A stretch of DNA of 17,782 nucleotides from NCBI GenBank assembly GCA_937907055.1, contig CALCTW010000066.1, positions 1 to 17,782 of the forward strand, given 5' to 3'. Both the position numbers and the translations under genes were made by a program. A model generated the notes under the pieces. The model was not told where the DNA came from. It saw nothing but the letters and a program-made list of their open reading frames with translations, and did not search any database. Position 1 is the stretch's first letter; the number at the start of each line of letters is the position of its first letter. This document shows positions 15,654 through 17,782 of the stretch, in pieces. The stretch comes from an uncultured Clostridia bacterium (GTDB lineage Bacteria > Bacillota > Clostridia > Christensenellales > Aristaeellaceae).

Positions 15654-15664
15654 CAAAGCATTGT

Positions 15665-17278
15665 TTATCCAAGATGACTGAACCGTTCGCATCCCTTGGT
15701 ACGCAGCCACTTTTCCTGCAGGAACACGACACCGCACAGCAGCAGCGTTACGATACCGGTCACGGCATAGGACGGGATCAGATCCGAAATCAGGAACCCG
15801 GCCGCGAGATGCACAAGGGTTACCGCCAGACCGAGCAGCAATATCACAAATACCTGCATATTGGATTTGATCAGCACCGTTTCACTTGTCCATTTCAGGT
15901 CCGCGTGACGGATGCCCTGGATCAAGCCCATATCCGCGGTAAAGAAGCAGAAGGCGGTTGTGAACAGCAATCCGGCAATGATATTCAGCACCGGCAGCTG
16001 CAGCATGACATCAAAGATGATAAGCAGGATCGCGGCCGGCACCAGATTCAGGATCACATGCAGATCGCGCTTGCTCTGAAGGATCTTCCGCGGCGAGACC
16101 GGCATGGTCTGCAGGATCCAGATATTCTTGCCTTCCAGTGAAACGGAAGGCAGGGAGATGCAATTCAGGCTCACGATCAATCCGATCACATGGGGCGCGA
16201 TATAGGGAATCAACTGCCCCAGCTCAGGGATCTGCGCTTTAGCCTGATTGATCTGCCCGATGATCCCGGAGCCGAGGAACAGAAGCGCGACAGCGCCCAG
16301 TACCATGAGGATAATACCGAACCCGGCATTCATCAGATAGGTGGCGTTGGAAGTAAAACGCTTCAACTCGCGCATGAGCAGTGCCTGATAAACACCATGC
16401 TGTCCTTCGTGACGGACCGCGGCGTTCTTTTTCTTCTCATGCGGCTTTTTCAGCAGCATCCGCATATAGGTGCGTTCCATCAGCAGCAGACACAGCGCGG
16501 TCATGCCCGCCGTCACGCCGGTGAAGATCAGCATCCCGTTTCCCTGTCCGGCACCGGCCTGTCCCAGCGCGTACAGAAGACCGACGTACTTCTGCACAGC
16601 GTCACCGATCGCGGCCAGGTTTTCAGCCAGTGTATCAAAAATGGACGAAAGATTGAAGCACACATAGTAATACAGCGCGAAGAATCCGACCGCGAGCACC
16701 GCGGTGATGATCCCTTTGCTGCGGATGCGGGTCGCGATCAGCGCGACCACCCATCCCAGCACACATGTGATCACCGTCACAAACAGCGCGATCACAAAGA
16801 GCAGCAGGATGCCAAAGACCGCGCCCAACGGTGTCGTGCTGCCGATCAGGATCGCGAAGAGCACCGACGGCAGCCACACGATACCGCTGTACATCAGGCT
16901 CAGCAGATAGACCATCACCAGACGGGAAAGCAGGATATGCCCCGGCTTGATGGGCATGGCCAGCAGACTCTCGTTATCCTTGGGCAGATACAGAGAAGAA
17001 TAGGTATTGAATACACTGCCGAAAATGCCGAAGAGGATCGAGAACCCGCCCATCGCGGCAAAATAGACCCACTGCATTCCTTCGCCCATCTGTTCCAGAA
17101 CAAAATGAATCCCGACCGCGAATGAAAGCATGATACCGGCCATGATCATCATCAGGATCCCAAATCCGATGAATGTGCCGATGATCTTGCCTTTCGAATT
17201 CGGTTTATTGGTCTTCCGGCTCACAAAGTAGTTCCGGAAGCACTCCAGTAACTGTTTTTTGATCAGCGTTCCGAGCAT
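15665..17278 (-). CDS. Putative ABC exporter permease (large multi-pass membrane protein)
   Basis: Track ORF of 537 aa, highly hydrophobic with many predicted TM segments. Its start lies 4 nt after the stop of an ABC ATPase gene. The family assignment beyond ABC-exporter membrane component is uncertain. Confidence 0.8.
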   Translation of the reverse strand: MLGTLIKKQLLECFRNYFVSRKTNKPNSKGKIIGTFIGFGILMMIMAGIMLSFAVGIHFVLEQMGEGMQWVYFAAMGGFSILFGIFGSVFNTYSSLYLPKDNESLLAMPIKPGHILLSRLVMVYLLSLMYSGIVWLPSVLFAILIGSTTPLGAVFGILLLFVIALFVTVITCVLGWVVALIATRIRSKGIITAVLAVGFFALYYYVCFNLSSIFDTLAENLAAIGDAVQKYVGLLYALGQAGAGQGNGMLIFTGVTAGMTALCLLLMERTYMRMLLKKPHEKKKNAAVRHEGQHGVYQALLMRELKRFTSNATYLMNAGFGIILMVLGAVALLFLGSGIIGQINQAKAQIPELGQLIPYIAPHVIGLIVSLNCISLPSVSLEGKNIWILQTMPVSPRKILQSKRDLHVILNLVPAAILLIIFDVMLQLPVLNIIAGLLFTTAFCFFTADMGLIQGIRHADLKWTSETVLIKSNMQVFVILLLGLAVTLVHLAAGFLISDLIPSYAVTGIVTLLLCGVVFLQEKWLRTKGCERFSHLG

Positions 17279-17281
17279 GCT

Positions 17282-17782
17282 TTATTCCTCCAGACCCAGG
17301 AAAACACTTTCCAGTGAAGCGTCGCCGCGCACTTCATCCATGGAACCGGAGCGGATCAGCTTACCGTCCTTGATGATGGCCACACGGTCGCACAGCTTTT
17401 CCGCCACCTCCAGCACGTGGGTGGAGAAGAAAATGGCGCCGCCTTTATCACACTTGTCGCGCATCATCTGCTTCAGGGTGTGCGCGGCGATCGGGTCCAG
17501 ACCCACGAACGGTTCATCCATCAGGATCAGTTCCGGATCATGCATCCACGCGGCAATGATGGCCAGCTTCTGCTTCATGCCGTGGGAATAACTCGCGACG
17601 GATTCGGACAGATCCTTCGCCAATCCCAGCGATTCCGAAAGCGCGGTGATGCGCTCCTTGCGCGTCTGAGCATCCACCCCGTAAATATCCGCCACAAAGT
17701 TCAGATACTTGATACCGGTCATGAATTCATAAAGATCCGGGTTATCCGGAATATACGCCATCTTTTTCTTGCAGCCGATGGG
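17282..17782 (-). CDS. ABC transporter ATP-binding protein, C-terminal part (5' end beyond the window)
   Basis: The frame is open to the window edge (...PIGCKKKMAYIPDNPDLYEFMTG...). It has signature SHGMKQK, Walker B LILMDEP and the H-loop STH. The Walker A motif lies outside the window. Confidence 0.9.
   Translation of the reverse strand, partial: PIGCKKKMAYIPDNPDLYEFMTGIKYLNFVADIYGVDAQTRKERITALSESLGLAKDLSESVASYSHGMKQKLAIIAAWMHDPELILMDEPFVGLDPIAAHTLKQMMRDKCDKGGAIFFSTHVLEVAEKLCDRVAIIKDGKLIRSGSMDEVRGDASLESVFLGLEE

Noticed and set aside
339-17125. Other long track ORFs: 339..1046(+), 1279..1680(+), 2216..3229(+), 2979..3770(+), 3634..4746(+), 5176..5928(+), 5525..6964(+), 12996..14150(-), 14215..14841(-), 14905..15681(+), 16190..17125(+)
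   Set aside because: Each lies antisense to, or out of frame within, a gene with strong family evidence. They are rich in H, R, G and A or are low-complexity, and they lack SD sequences. I treat them as shadow ORFs of a codon-biased genome.
1-17782. Search for mobile elements, CRISPR arrays, tRNA/rRNA genes and defence-type genes
   Set aside because: I found no direct or inverted repeat arrays beyond terminator hairpins, and no integrase, transposase, recombinase, nuclease or helicase-like ORFs. There are no tRNA-like T-arm (GGTTCGAATCC-type) sequences and no abrupt composition change. The window reads as core chromosome.

Overview
This 17.8-kb stretch looks like ordinary core chromosome from a moderately GC-rich Firmicute. 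The taxonomic call is inference only, from AGGAGG-type Shine-Dalgarno sites, an RqcH gene, and strong ATC/CTG/GGC-type codon bias; it is probably Clostridia-like.

I call 19 protein-coding genes in three strand blocks:
- Minus strand, 1-7880: iorA (5' part; not in the ORF track because its stop lies outside the window), ybaK, a monocistronic 75-aa orphan, a lipase-GNAT-PfkB kinase operon, and a substrate-binding protein/permease/ATPase ABC importer.
- Plus strand, 8109-14853: rqcH, udk, a secreted phosphodiester glycosidase, ppa, a histidine phosphatase, pfkA and an SDR oxidoreductase.
- Minus strand, 14914-17782: a DUF218/YdcF protein, then an ABC exporter permease and a partial ATPase.

Most transcription units have readable sigma-A-like promoters and rho-independent terminators. 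I found no rRNA, tRNA, CRISPR, transposase, integrase or long repeats.

I do not see a convincing novel multi-gene system here. The most unusual item is an in-frame amber codon (TAG at 3040-3038, minus strand) inside an otherwise intact PfkB-family kinase gene. None of the 18 natural stop codons in the window is TAG. A simple nonsense mutation or a base-call error is the most likely explanation.

The other observations are low-to-moderate-interest regulatory details: an operator-like palindrome and attenuator-like leader at iorA, a structured leader on the lipase operon, an intercistronic hairpin, and a 68-nt gene overlap. The very long ORFs in the track (669, 672, 479, 384, 370 aa and others) are codon-aligned antisense shadows of real genes and are rejected.
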